This document shows positions 1 to 15,784 of a stretch of 64,000 bases of DNA, one piece after another. The stretch is from Camelus dromedarius (lineage: Eukaryota). The translations under genes and the position numbers were made by a program. Location: positions 80,540,001-80,604,000 of the forward strand of contig NC_087437.1 of the NCBI RefSeq assembly GCF_036321535.1, read 5' to 3'. The notes beneath the pieces were generated by a model. The model ran no database searches. It was not told the origin of the DNA and saw only the letters and a list, made by a program, of their open reading frames with translations. How positions within the stretch are numbered: the first letter of the stretch is position 1; each line of letters opens with the position of its first letter.

Positions 1-188
<188 letters not shown>

Positions 189-2693
189 TCAGTCATAAAA
201 ATGTTCAAACAAAGGTACTCAGGCAAAATTGCAAAAAGATACTTGCATAAGACCCTTCATTGTAGGACTTAATTCTTCGAGTTCCCTTTGATGTATATTT
301 GGGTTTGATACTATGTAAAAGAAAGAAAAAATTCTATACATATTGCTATGGAGTAAAACACTAAAGTAGGGGGAAAAATGTTCAAACCAAAATATTTTGA
401 TTATTCTTTACTTAGTGGCTTCAAAGAACAGTTTTTAAAAGTACAACAATAAAAGGTGCAACACAAATATAAAGGGAATCCCTATGTCACTTCACCTTGG
501 CCCCCCTGGCTTCAATGGACCCTTATTCTAACACACTTATTATCTAAATCACTCCATAAGCACGGCATTACATGTTATATCATCAGCGGACAGTCTGTAT
601 CTCAGAAACAAAAGAACCCGTTTACCTCTATTAGGCCTAGAAATCTTCCTGTTGGCACTAATTGTTGAATATTTTGAAAACAATTTGACATTTACACATT
701 ATTGTTCTAACACACAAATATTATTTCTTCCAGGAAAAGAACTGTAACTTCTGTTTTTTTACAAACACATAATAGTAACCAAAAACATCTTTTTGCAATA
801 AGTAGAAGAAGTGAACAATCCTGGCTTTTATTTACTTTGAATTTCACCCTATGGATGGAAAATTATGTGAATGTCTTAGAGAACTTCTCTCCCTGTCATA
901 ACAAAGACAGCAGCACAAGTCACAATTCCCTTCTCTCTCTCCCCTTTATCCAAGTTGTGTTTCCAAGTCCCGCTCCTCTGAAATCTTCTGAAGATCCCAG
1001 GAAGCAGTGCATTATTCTCCCTTATTACTCCTAAAAAACACTGTACAATTCATCACTTAACATTCACGCCATGAGGAAAGACGGTCTCTCTCATACCCCT
1101 AAAAATTCCTATAAGTGCCTATAAATTACAGAGAACAGATTAAGTAACTTTAGGCAACCCAACTATATGAATATTTCCTAAGCACCTACTCAGTGGCAGC
1201 GCTATTGTGCGAAAAGCTAGCAGTGCTCAGATGGGTAGGTCACTGCGCTTGTCCTCAAGGAGTTTAAGTCAATTCTGAAAAAGTAACATCTCTTAAGGGT
1301 TAAAGTTAAGGTGTCACTTTTATCATCATTGGTCCTAGGCTCCTCTTCTAGTTTCTCATACCTAATTCATTACTACTTAGCAATTGGCCCCACTTAAGCT
1401 GAATAAAAATTCAACCCACCATTCTCTCTTTTGATTAAGATTAATCACCAACACAGGGCTTTATCGGGCGAAAATCTGTCTGCAAAGGGTATGGTGGAAA
1501 TGATCAAGAAACTCAATGTGATCACTGCTATGAAAGGAAATACCAAGCTACGTCATTAGAACTTAAGAATCAGGCAGCTACGACTCCTGGAGGGCCCTGC
1601 CCAGCCAGCGCCAAACCGTGCCGAGCATTGGGTCTCACAAATTCTTTCCCTTCTCCTGATTTTTAACTTATACTTTATCAGCTGGAACTCAACTATCTCT
1701 GTTTCAATAAAAAACAGCAAAATAAAAATGGAATTAACTTATTACTTTTGGGGGTCATGTCTAAATTCTCCTTTCCTTTCAAAAATCAAATTGGAAGTAA
1801 GTCGATGTAATAAAAAAAAAAAGAGAGAAAAGAAAAACATCACACACAACAACTCACAACAAACCATGGAATTTGCTTTATGAAAAGCCCTGTCCACAGT
1901 TAGCCACCAAAAAGAGTTCCCACAGAACTATTCCTCAGCTCTCTAAACTGTCAGCGGGATCTTTAGTCCTGCCACCCAGGATCCACCCCTCCTCATTCCA
2001 TCCACACTCCCGCTGGGAAGAGGAAAAGGTCCACCATGAGTAAGGGATGACCCTCAACGAGCGGGGTTTTATTCTGAGTCTGGAGAGCCACCCCAAGCCC
2101 AGCAGTGAGGCCAGGGAGCTAGGAAGGCTGGACTGAGCAGACTCCCTTGCCAGGAGCCAGCCCCATCTCAGAGTCACACCAGTGGAAGGCCCGACGGATG
2201 ACACAGGGATGGCTCTGCTGCACTGATGCGTGAATACGGACTACACTTTGGCTGCTTCCTTCCAGTTAAATCTACTATAAACTTAGAGGTGGCCCAAACA
2301 GAACTAGAAAAGAAACAACTGGAAATGTTCACCTTTATTTTACATCCCAGAAGGTGAGACGTGAAAGACACCTGGGAAGTGACAGTGTCCAGCTGCCTCA
2401 CCTCACACGTGGAGAAGTGAAGCTCTGAGAAGTAAATGACTCGCCAGCATCACACAGCTAATCAGTGACACGAATTCATCCAGCAGCACCCGGTGCGTTC
2501 ATCAATCCGTCGCAACCGCACCACTGATCGGAAACTCTCACACATCTCTCCAGGGTTAGGATACCTCTCAGTCCAACAGAAAGTAACTGCTGCCTCTTCT
2601 GACGTCTTTCTTCAGGAACCAGAGTGAGTCTGCTTTTTTCAGAGCTGATTCTGTACATGTGGGAAAGAGTTATGAAACAAAAACGAAGTACTA

Positions 2694-3038
<345 letters not shown>

Positions 3039-6000
3039 TCATCTCAAAGAAAGCCCAGACTTTCCCCCTCCTACAAAAAGGTCTTCTTTGCATAAAAAAT
3101 GAGAAGATGTGAAATGGGTGTGAGGGTGTTGGAGGACAGAAGGGGAAAGGGGACTCTGAGCATTCCCTCTGATTATGCAGGTTATCGAAGCCAAAAATAA
3201 AGGCAGGCAAAAACCAGGGAAAAGTGTAGATCTAAGCATCGTCCAACATTATCCCTGAACAGAAAGGTTTCTCCTCCAAATACCTGTGAGGTGAGTAGCA
3301 GCTTAAACTCACACTTTACATGTGCATAGTAATATTAGCCCACTCTGTCTCAGCCCATTAAAAAGAAAGTTTTAATCCATGGGTCCTACAATCAGATATT
3401 AATTCAGAAACCCACCAATGAATACAGAAAACAAACCAATAACATACAGTCTAAAGAACTGCTCCTCCAGTACAAAAGGTTCAGCCGTCCTTATGCACAA
3501 CGAACAGTATGTAAAATGCAGCAGCAGTGTGTACGCACGCTTGTAGCCTCGCTGCACATAATGACACAAGCGCCAGGACACCTTTCAGAGGGACAGTCAA
3601 CACTCTCCTGCCCTAACACCTCCCTCAGAAAGTGCCACTGTGGAAACAGCACGCTTTACATGCTTCAGATCAAACAGGGATGGCGAATACTTCTTGCGAG
3701 TTTTACTTTGCACCACTGTTCTGAGCAATTAAAAGTATCACTTCATATGCTGCTCAGCATAGCCCTTTAAGGTAAATCCTATTATTATCCCTACCATTCA
3801 AAACAGTTAAGCACCTTGAGCTCAGCCCCAGAGCTAGTAAGTAGCAGATCCAGGACCTAATACAAGCAGGTGAGGCCCCAAGCCCATGCTCTCAGCCACG
3901 GTGCTACGTCGTCTCTCAAAACACAAATGTTTATAGGTATCAGCCATTTTCTTTTTGGCTTTTTTCCTGAAAGCGTACACTTACTCATTTCTAACACTTA
4001 TTATTCAAATCTACAACCTCTAAAAAACCACCAATCATTTTATATCACTTCCTTACATACCCCAAGATTCAAACCTTCATTATAACCCAGTAATTCTACA
4101 ATCTCACCTGTTAAACCACAATTCAAGATCCAAATGCTCATGACTCAGAAATTTAAGTGAATCTCCTATTTGACTGTTTGCAGCTTATTTGACTTCTTGA
4201 TATTATCTGTATTACTCAAAATTATTTTGGTTTTATTCCCTTCAAAGAAGATACCCTATTTGACAAATAGTGCATATTTAATCTTTTCTCTTAGGTATCT
4301 AATTCTTTGCAGGTCCGGGGACTAAATTGAAAAATAAATAGCATTTTAAAATCTTTTCTACCAAATGTGATTATCAAAGAGAAGTGAGGGGTAGGGTAAA
4401 CATCTGTTTGGCTTATTCAAAAACAGTTTCTCAACATGTTACCAAGTGTGGCTCTACCACGTCACCACATCTTGCCCAAGTGCCTCATTATATCTGCACG
4501 TCAAGGCCACACAGACCAGACAGCTCCGGGGCTGACACCTGGGGCCCCAAGGAAACGTTCACTGAAATGTGAATTAAAAGTGATTTTGAAGTTACAATTT
4601 TTAACCAGGTTAATTCAGTAGACTCAGCTATTCTATGTCAAATAAATGTTACCAAAAAATGGATATATCACACAGGAAACAATTACCATTTCCATTCAAA
4701 TGTTAATTATATTTATTATCAGAATTAAGTCAAGCAAGCAAATCAATTACTGAACCTGACATTACATTCTTTAAACATGCAGCACTAGATGAAAATATTT
4801 TTAAAGTGAAATGTGTGTACCTACATTGCCCTGTTATGGTCAGCTGGGACAAAAACATTTCCTGATTAATGTGGTATTAAAGCAGTCTGAAGTTGTTTAG
4901 AAAGTCAGCGTTTCTTGGAACTCAGAATGCATTTTCAAATAAGATCTGACATATGAAAGTCTCTTAAATCCATAACATAATCCTTAATGTACTTAACATG
5001 TGGAATAAAAATAATTAAAAACAAAAATACATTATTACTCAATTTTATGGTTATCTTAAATATCAACGGTGAAGGAAGTTTACATGGAGGCAGTTGTAAA
5101 AGTAGATATAAAGATCTTAATGCAAAATCAGAAAGAATAGTTTTGATTATTCGCAAGTAACGTCCCTGCTTCTCTGAAATGTCTTGGCTTCTCTTTGAAG
5201 CCCACAGCTTACATTGTCCTCTAAAGGGCATCATCCCATGTCATCCATCAGCCATAATGAGGGCCATCTGGGCCTCGAATGGGACAAAATAAGAGAGAAA
5301 AGGCAGAGATCAATTTCCCTAAACTATCCAGAAACAGCAGGATGAGAGGGATACCATGCAAATTAAGGGTGGGAGGTGTATGTGCACATGTGCGATACAG
5401 GTCCCTTAACTTCATGGTGTGGAATTACCCACAGAACAGTACAGGGCAGGTCAAAGTGGGGTACATGGTTCATAAGGGGAAAGAAAGACACGACAGAGAA
5501 GACATGGAGGTGAACAACTCCTTGACCAGGGAACACGGGCGGCACAGGAATGCCGCCTCAGGAGATAAGGAATGAGGATAGAGTGTCAAGCTGTCTGGGT
5601 ACACCCTGCCGAGTGCTGGGAACACAAGGAGGTCCCAGCTACACAGCAATTATAGTGGCTTGAGGCCAAGTTTACCCTTGAATTCCCCCTACAAAACCCT
5701 GGGAATTTGATTTTTTTTTTTCTTTATATTTCAGTTGCTCAAAGCTAAGCATTTCACGGAGGAAAGCCAAGAATGCCACATAAGGTAGAAATACCTGTGG
5801 ATACAGAGAATGTTGGAAGGGACCTCAGAGGACAGCTACTCCGGTACCTCTTACAGGTGAAGGAAGCAAGTCACAGAGTGACTCAGAAGGCTGAGGAGAC
5901 AGGCTACGTGGCCGAGGCAGTACCGTTTACAGACACATTCACCTCGCTATGGAAAGAGTTGTGGGGGTGGCCTTCCTCTCCCCAGGGGGATCAGCTTGCT

Positions 6001-6212
6001 AGATGTCATACGTAGGATATAAGTCCTTCGGTTTTCTAAGTTAACTGGGCCCAGACCTTGGTTTCGTTATCTATAAAATGGGTAAACTACTAGTTATTTT
6101 GAAGAGTCACTGTGAAAATTCAATTACACAATAGTGTGAAAGCCTGTTTTTAACAGTAAGGGGCTATACTGGAGTGCTGGAAACATTCCATATCTTGATC
6201 TGGGTGGTAATT

Positions 6213-6690
6213 TATTAGTTTTCTTTTGCTATGTAACAAATCACCACAAGCTTAATGGCTTAAAAACAAGGGGTATTTATTTCCCCACAGTACTGCAGGT
6301 CAGGAGTCGGGCATGCGGGTTCTCCGCTCAGGGTCTCACAGGTGGAAATCAGGGTGTCAGCAGGGCTATGATCCTTTTGGAAGGCTCTGGAGAAGAATCT
6401 GCTTCCAAGCTCGTGGAATTTGTCAGCCAAATTTGGCTCCTTGTGGTTACAAAACTGAGCTTCTCATCTCCCAGCTGCCTGTCAGCCAGGGACGCCCTTC
6501 AGCTCTTAGAAGCTGCTACATTCCTTGCCCCCATGGCCTCCTGCATCTTTAAAGCCAGCAACAAAGAAATCTCCCTCACACAGACGCCTTCTCACACTTT
6601 CAATCTCCTTCTCAAAGAACCTGGTCCCTGTTAAGGGCTATCTGACTCGGTCAGATCTACCCAGGATAATCTCTCCTTTTTTAAAGCCAA
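6213..6690 (-). mobile_element. MLT1 (MaLR) LTR remnant
   Basis: tattagttttc...tgtaacaaatcaccacaagcttaatggcttaaa...gataatctc, typical MLT1 motifs. Confidence 0.7.
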
Positions 6691-7747
6691 CTTTGTCACA
6701 GAATTGAAGGGAAGGGTGTATGTGGGAAGGGAAAGGCATGCATCACTGGGAGTCACCTTAGAACTGACCCTACCTCAGTCACAAAGATATGCACAGACAT
6801 AAAACTCCATTGTACTATATGCTTATGATCTGTGTGCTCTATTGTATATAAGATATATTTCAACAGATAAAAATAGTAAAAAGCTACAAAGATGTTAATC
6901 TGTTGCTATCAGATCTAGACCTATCCTAACTTTCAGTAAGCTCCCCACAAAATATGAGCTGTAGTTTGATTGTTGATGAGGTTTGAGGCCATCAAGGTCC
7001 CTAAGCCATTAGGCTATGATGGTTTGAGGACAACAGCGCAGGTGATTATGGAAATTCAGCCATGATTCTGGCACTGGGAGGGCCTGGCAGGAATCAGGGG
7101 CTTGCCCTTGACAAGGTAAAGCTGTGTTCCCTTGCTGGAATTCTCCCCATGCGTGGGGGGTGGCAATCTCAAGCAATCCATCAGACTCTAAAAATGCAAA
7201 TGTACATCTTAGAACAACTTTACCTTGTGTGCAACCAATTAATTAATACACAAATAATGAAATGTCACAGAGAAAAATAAAACCTTCAAAACATAAGGTT
7301 CATAGCTGTAAAGACTATAAACACTTACAAGGCTAGGGCAAAGAAAACACAAGATGGACCTGAAATACTTTGTGGTGCCAGAAAGTAAGAAAGTGCTCAA
7401 AAAAAAAAGTAAAAAATTCAAAAAAAGGATGAGTATGTCAAAAGGACACAGAAGCCAAACTGGAAAAGTTCCCAATTTGCAAAGCTGGAACAATATGAGC
7501 AACAACTGAGTTGGATTATAGCCCAAAGCATCAAACCGTCATGAGTCTCTATGGATATAATCAAATAAATGGTAAAGAAGAGACATCTCCTCCTTGCAGA
7601 AAAATTCCAATTAATAAATGTCTTAAGAATGAGAGATACAGCAAGTCACCATTAGGACACCGCAGAAACAACCACTGCGGGCAAGGTCTACTGAGTGCCA
7701 ACACGAGGGGATGAAAATTTAAGCAGAAACAGAATGTTTACAGTCCC

Positions 7748-8212
7748 TGTCTTAATTTCCTGTGGCTGCTGTAACAAGTCACCACAAATTTCGTGGCCTA
7801 AAATGACACAGACTTATTCTCTTACAGTTCTGAAGGCTGGAAGTCCAAAACCAGTATCACTGGGCCAAAAGCTCTCTCTGGAGGATCTAGGGAAGATCTT
7901 GTTTCCTGCCTGTGCTAGAGCTGTATTCTGTGGCTCACAGTCCCTTTCTCCATTTCTAAAGCCACTGTCATGGCATCTTCAAATCTCTCTCTGCTTCTAT
8001 CTCCCGTCTTCTGTGTGAAGTCTCTCTCTGCCTCCTCCTTAAAAGGACACTTGTGCTTGCATTTAGGACCCACTCAGACAATCCAGATAATCTCTCCCCA
8101 TCTCAAAACCCTTAACTTAATCACATATGCAAAGTTTCTTCTGCCAAATAACATTAACAAATTTGAGGGATTAGGATCCGGATATCTTGGGGGCCATTTT
8201 CAACCTACCACA
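7748..8212 (-). mobile_element. MLT1 (MaLR) LTR inside an old L1 3' region (~7220-8810)
   Basis: tgtcttaatttcctgtggctgctgtaacaa...gggccattttcaacctaccaca. Confidence 0.75.
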
Positions 8213-10021
8213 GTCTCAAAGTATCTCCCCAGAATACTGAGTAAACACAAAGATTAAAATAGTAAGCTTACAGTGGAAAGCCCAGGCAGGTACCACTTTA
8301 ACCAAGTGGTCAAGGTTTGCTAACATCCTTAGCAATACACATCATGAGCCCCCTTAAAAGGGTACAATATCATTTCTGTCCTATTCTTCCCAAAAATGCA
8401 TAACCTCATTCCAATCATAAGAAACTATTAGACAAACCCAAATTTAGAGAGATTCTAAAAAATACCTGATCAGTGCTGTTCAAAAGTGTCAAAATCACGG
8501 AAGACAATAAGGGACAGAGGTCTGTCACAGAGGGAAGACTAAGGAAATGTGGAACCAAATACAGTGTGAGAGCAACACTGGATTCTGGAACAAGAAAGGG
8601 GGACATTAGTGGAAAAACTGATGAAATACAAATAAAATCTATTGTTAAAATAATAACATTGTATTGATGTTAAATTCTTAGTTTTGATAAGTGTTCTGTG
8701 ATTTCTTAAGATGCATAAGGGAAACTGGGTAAAGGCAACCACGGAGCTTTGTACTATTTCTATAACTCTTACTTAAGTCTAAAATTATCCGAAAACAAAA
8801 TATTGTTTAAAAAGTACGAAGGGAAATGACTACACTTCAATAAACATATACATATATACCAAAAAAAAAAAAAAGTACAACGAGAACAGAGGAATGGAGG
8901 GAGGCAGGGACGTAAAAAGGAAGAAATGAAAGTAGGAAGAATGTGAGCCTTTTGTTTGGGATCTTTGAGTGCCCACTGCTGGTCACTAAGATGAACTTCA
9001 GTGAAGTTCCCCTAGGCTGGACTTTGATAACAATTGCTTTTCTCCTTCCTTCCCAATTATTTACCTGCTCCGAGATGATTTTCTCAAAGTCAGGCTACTC
9101 TGCTCCTACTGATTCATGGTTGCTTTATTCCTCTAAAAGTCCATCAAAAGCCTCACTAGTTACTGAATCTTTCTTGTCTCTAAACAGAATAGGACATCAC
9201 AAACCCACAACCACTTCCTGGCTAAACCCTAAGACTTGACAGGTGCAAGTAAACCATGCAAAGCTCCTCCCACTGGCCATCCCACCGGCCAGCCGGGGAC
9301 AACACAAGGTGGGCAAGCCAGCCAACCGGGGCTGTGGAGGAAAAGGACAGATGCAGCAGTGGGTTGGTGCCTGCTGAGGGGTCAGACGTGAGAGAGCGTG
9401 AGCGGTCCAGCACTACTGCGGGGTATTATGTCTACTAACATCTCGGCTGTGGGGTTGACGGCCAGGCAGGTAAAAGGTAAGCAACTTCTATTAACGACGT
9501 TTCACTTACGTATCCTTGAAAATTAGTAACTCACTGGGTTCAAGTAAATCAAATACAGCTCTTCACTAGGAAAAGACTGGGATTTCTTGTGACACATGAC
9601 AGTAAAGACCAGAGATACAGACTGGTAGTGTCCTGCCTGCATACGGGCCACAGATACATTTTATTTACCCCACACAATATTTTTAAAAGTTTTGAATTGT
9701 ATTGCCAATGCTTTGACATCTAGAGATACTACATTCGAAACTTAAAGAATTCCGTATTTTCAAAGGAGAAAAACTATAGATCTGGCCATACTAGGTCTCC
9801 ATTTCTGCATGACAACAACACACAGGTACTGAGAGGCTGCCTCCTTTAGCTGGCCCCTGCTCTTGGGGTCCTTGACCACCACTCACACAAGACATGCATA
9901 CGGCTAATAGCCACCCTGGTGTGTCGTGTACCTCGTCCCTATGGCATTAGTGTTCGCACGATCTGCTCTGTGGGATACTATATATGTGCTTTCAACAGTT
10001 AAAAGGGCCTCGTCTGCCATA

Positions 10022-10056
10022 TGCATTTGATCTTAGCCAAAAGGCCGAGAAGTGAT
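10022..10056 (-). pseudogene. 3'-truncated U2 snRNA pseudogene fragment
   Basis: Minus strand reads ATCACTTCTCGGCCTTTTGGCTAAGATCAAATG versus the U2 5' end ATCGCTTCTCGGCCTTTTGGCTAAGATCAAGTG. Confidence 0.9.
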
Positions 10057-10394
10057 CACCTGTCATCTGCATCAGCCTCCTTAATTATGTTCCTCCTCTC
10101 TTTCTACTACAAGTCACTATAGCTAATTATATCCGCTCTGCAAAGAAAAAGCACATACATTTACTCTTCTGAATTTCTTTTATTTTTTTAAAACACCTTT
10201 ATTGTGGCATGATTCCTGTACAGTAAATTTTCTCTTACTTTTAATAATATCCTGTATCAGTGGATCAGAATCATCTAGGTTTGTTAAAACAGTATTAAAG
10301 GAGAAAGGGTGGGCTTTGTAACATCAGTGAAACTACAGAGATTCAACATACTTAGCAAGAAAAACAACAAATCATCAAGCTCATTCCTTTTTAC

Positions 10395-10468
10395 CTTTTA
10401 TACTCCTGGGAATCACAGTCACCCAGTCAGGCCCACTGGAGTTGATTGGCATTTTGATATTGACACCA
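10395..10468 (-). CDS. NXPE3: NXPE3 small coding exon (74 bp)
   Basis: ttaaag|T GGT GTC AAT...AAA G|gtaaa. Translates (S)GVNIKMPINSSGPDWVTVIPRSIK. Phases fit both neighbouring exons. Not in the ORF track. Confidence 0.93.
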
Positions 10469-13130
10469 CTTTAAGAGGAAGAAAAAGAGTACAAAGTTTA
10501 GATTCAGGAACATTTATTTCCCAATATGTATTTTTATTTCTAAATTTTTTAATGGACATGATTTCATAGAGCTTTATTAAGATGAAATATTCTTATAAAT
10601 GTTAATCAATACGCTTGATAATTAACAAACTAGTTATAATAAGCATGTCATATGGATATATAAACTGAATAAGAATTACATAGATTCTTAATTTTTCTCT
10701 GCTTCACCCTTAGAGTTGCAAACTCCAAAATGACAAATTCTGTTCAAATTACTTACTTCCCCTTGACTCAGAGAATGGCTCGCCTGATGAGAATATCTAT
10801 TTCATCATTACTTAGTTTTCAGGCTGCAAGTCTATGGAGCAGTAAGTCATGGGTCAGAGCAGTAAGCGGCAAGGCCACTTAGGCCTTGCCCAGAGTGGAG
10901 ATGAGTCCTAAATGGGAACACCTGTCCCCAGGTACATGCTCATGCAGCACTCTGCTCATCGTTACTATGGCTCTGTAGGGTCTGTCCCCCCTACTAAAAC
11001 ATGTCCTCCTCAAAGACACGGATTGTGTCTCACTCGCCTTTTGTCTTCAGCACTCAGCACAGGCCCTGGACTAGAGTCCATGTTCAGGAAATATTTGATG
11101 GAGAAAAAGTGGAGGAGAATGGAGTCCAGGAGAAGTGTACTGAAAACTCTGTGTAACTATTCCAGAAACTGGGTCACAATAATTACGCCTCTTGCACTTA
11201 GACCAAAAACAAACAAACAAACAAAATGCTAACTTTCCAAATTTGATATGGGAACGTGCAGTTGTAGTATTTCATTTTATCAAAAGCCCATTCAAAACAG
11301 ATTTGCTCTTAAATAATTCTTAAGCTTCTACTGTGTGCCAGGCACTACCCTAGATACCAAGGATGTAAAAGTAAACAAAACACACCACATCTCCTCCTTC
11401 GTGGCACTGGCATTCAAATGAGGGAGACAGACAAAAAATCAGGAAGGAAGGAATTACAGGATGCTATATCAGAGAATAAGAGAATTTCATAGATTTATAA
11501 TGGTGACGTTTAATAGACAACATGACTTTAAGAGAGCACACATAAACTGCTCTCATGAACTTAGAGCTTTAAAAAGAAAACTTCACATCTCTGTAATTTT
11601 TCTGTAAAAATGTTTAATCTCAATCTAATCATGCAGAAACAATAAAGCAGAAAATCCAAATTAAGATACATTCAACAAAAACAGTGACATCAACATTGTC
11701 AATGTAAAAATGCAAAACAAGCTAGAAAATTCTTCTGGATTAAAGGAGATTAAAGAGACAATTAAATAGACTGTGTGATCATAGATTTGGTTAGTTAAAA
11801 TAAAAGAGCTAGCTATAGAGAATATTCCTGGGACAACTGGAGAAACCTGAATATAGACTGCATATTAAATAATAACATTGTATCAATGATAAATGTCCCA
11901 AGTGTGATCACTGTGTTATGGTTGTATGTTGGAGAAAGTCTATGTTCCTAGGAGGTGCCTAGTCATGGGGTGCAGTGCCATGATGTCTGAAACTTACTCT
12001 CAAATGGCCTGAGGGGGAAAAATTATACACAGACACACACATACAGAAAGAAAGAAAGCAAGTGTGGCAAAACATTAACAATGGTGACTCTAGGTTAAAG
12101 GTATATGGGTGCTTAACTTTTGTTATTCCTGCAGTGTTTCTACAGATTTGAAGGGGTTTTTTTTTTTAATACAAAGTTAGAAAGGGAAAAAAAAGTACAA
12201 ATCACACTAAAATAAAAGGTAAGCTTTTAATGTGATAAGCTCATTCTTTCAAAAGGAGTTCTCTTATGGGATCTTTTAAGCAAAATACTGTTGTTCTTTC
12301 CAAAACCAACACTTTTTTCCCCTTAATTAGTAAAGAACAAAGATTAGATCACTTTAATTATCCAACTGTCATTTGGGAACCAAAGCCCAAAGCTAAGCTT
12401 CTTATTCCTTTCTGAATTAAGCAACATTATGAGCCACCGAGGAAGAGCAGTGAAAATCAGTACCAGCTTAAAAATTCAGGCCATGAGCTCAAAATAGTAC
12501 ACTCAAAGACCCCTCAAATGATCTATTTAGATCTTTCCCTTATTCTTTTCAGTTAGCCTAATGCAAAATTTCAGATTTTTAACAGAGTAAACAATGCAAA
12601 AAATAAAATCAGTATCAGGATTCTGTCAAATATTATGCCACCTCAATCACTTCTCCCAGCAAACTTCCAGGTAAGGAGAGTCTTTTAATAACTCTACTAC
12701 GAGGTATCAACAGCCAGCCTCATCCCCCACATACAAGTAAAGGCACGGGCAGACACTGCTTTATCCTTCGGGAGTAACGAGCGTTTTTTTGGTTTTAACG
12801 GTACCATTTAGTGTTACATTTTACACTAACTGAATCCTCTAACCTTTTCCCCACTGTTTTCCACGTGGAACTTCAGTAACTTGCGAGCTCTGCTTCCTCC
12901 TCTTCACTAAGCCACTAAATGGACTGACAACACAACTCTAAAAGGGTGAAACTGAACAGTCTTCATACAGAGGCAGAAAGTACACAGAAATGAAGCAATC
13001 TGCTCACAGTCATCGATAAATAGCGTGTCTAAGATCGGAACCGAAGAATAAAACTAGAGCCCTCCTGCACTGAGCCATGCAAAAAGCTAGGCGGCTCTCT
13101 CACAGAACAGTGCAGCAGCGCACTGGGAGT

Positions 13131-13150
13131 AGTGCTCCCTCTGCTGGCCT
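13131..13150 (-). promoter_or_regulatory. Candidate CTCF binding motif
   Basis: Minus strand AGGCCAGCAGAGGGAGCACT resembles the CTCF core CCASYAGRKGGCRS. Confidence 0.5.
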
Positions 13151-14126
13151 TCTCAGAGCACACATGAGCCCATCACATACATACTTCAACTGGACAGAAA
13201 GCTGACTCCAGGAAAAGCAAAAAAATCAGTGTTTTATTTAGAAGCTCCTATAGACCACACATCTTACATAGGAACTTTTCTCCCACCAAGGAATGAGTGG
13301 ACATAGAGTAAAAGAATTTAGGGTGCCCAGATATATGCAACAAAAATCCCTCTCTACCAGGGAATGTATAAAAAGCATGTATTTCATTTCAAAATAAAAA
13401 ACATGTTACGTTCTTTCAAATAATTGTATTTTTGACTATGTAACTTTTCTAACTTTTTATTTCTTAGGAATGTTATTTTATTTCAGAACCATGTAGAATG
13501 TTGAAGAAAATGGAAATTTTAATTCATACTGATTCTATACACTTCCTTCTGGACATTATTCCATATATTGATCATTATGAGGGAAAAGTTTTACATTTAT
13601 CTTCAAAAAAACAGGAGTATGTACACAAGTCTGGAATAATTTCAACAGCTGTTAACTTAAAAAATACAGTTTGCTGTGGTATCCCTGGCTTCCCACGTTT
13701 ATCACTAAATCCACTCAGCAATGCTACCACATTCACAGTCTTTTTCCTATCCGTAAATGTTCATATGATTTTAACAACAGGTAACATGTACGTCACTGGA
13801 GATTTTTTAAGTTTATGAGACATGAAGATAAAACACCGGCCTGACTATCAGATCTCTCTCTGCCCTATTCTTAGGTGTGTTTTTTTTTTTATCTGCTTTG
13901 TGAATAAGCGATGTTGCTTACACAGATATAGACATGCTATGCAGTTCTGAAGTGAAAGACAACGAAAGTAAAAGAACAAAAACTTAAGGTCTTTAATTTG
14001 AACTGAAATAAGCACACTAATCACAAATGTAAATCTTCAATTATTTTCTTACTCACCACCTCTCCTGAATTGGGGCAAGTTCAGAGAGATATAAGCAGCA
14101 TATAACCAAAACACGAAAGTCTCCTA

Positions 14127-15074
<948 letters not shown>

Positions 15075-15167
15075 TCACTATTTTTACAGGTTCCCACAGT
15101 AAATATCAGAGAAAAATTCCCTTGGTGCTTCCAGAAAGAGAAGGGGAAAAGGACTCATTTTGAAATA

Positions 15168-15784
15168 CAGTCGTCCCCTGTTATCCACAGGAGGTATGTT
15201 CCAAGACCCCCAGTGGATGCCTGAAACTGTGGGTAATAACAAGCCCTATATATCCTGCTTTTTCCTACACATATATGCCTATGATAAATTTTAATTTATA
15301 AGTTAGACATAAGAGATTAACAACAAAAACTACTAATAAAATAGAACAATTACAGCAATATGCTGTAATAGAAGTTAGGTGAATGTTGTCTCCCTCTCTG
15401 TCTCAAAATATCTTATTGTGGTGTACTTGTCCTTCTCGAGATGTTGAGATGATAAAACGCCTACGTGATGAGATGAAGTGAGATGAATGACGCAGGCACT
15501 GTGACATGGTGTCAGGCTGCTACTGACCTTCTGACCACACGCCAGAAGGAGGATCATCTGCTTCAGGTGATCCTGGACTGAGCCATGATGATGTCGAGGG
15601 CTGAGGGTCCTGGGTGGGACAGAGCAGGATGGCATGAGATTTCATCATGCTACCCAGAACAATGCACAACTCCAAACTGGTGAGCTGTTTATTTCTGGAA
15701 TTTTCCGCTTAATATTTTCAGACCATGATTAACCACAGGTAACTACAACCACAGAAAGTGAAACTGCGGATGGGAAGACTACTG
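15168..15784 (-). mobile_element. Tigger7/MER44-family DNA transposon remnant
   Basis: Degenerate terminal inverted repeats (cagtcgtcccctgttatcc ... ggatgggaagactactg) flanked by TA dinucleotides. Internal sequence resembles MER44. Confidence 0.8.
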
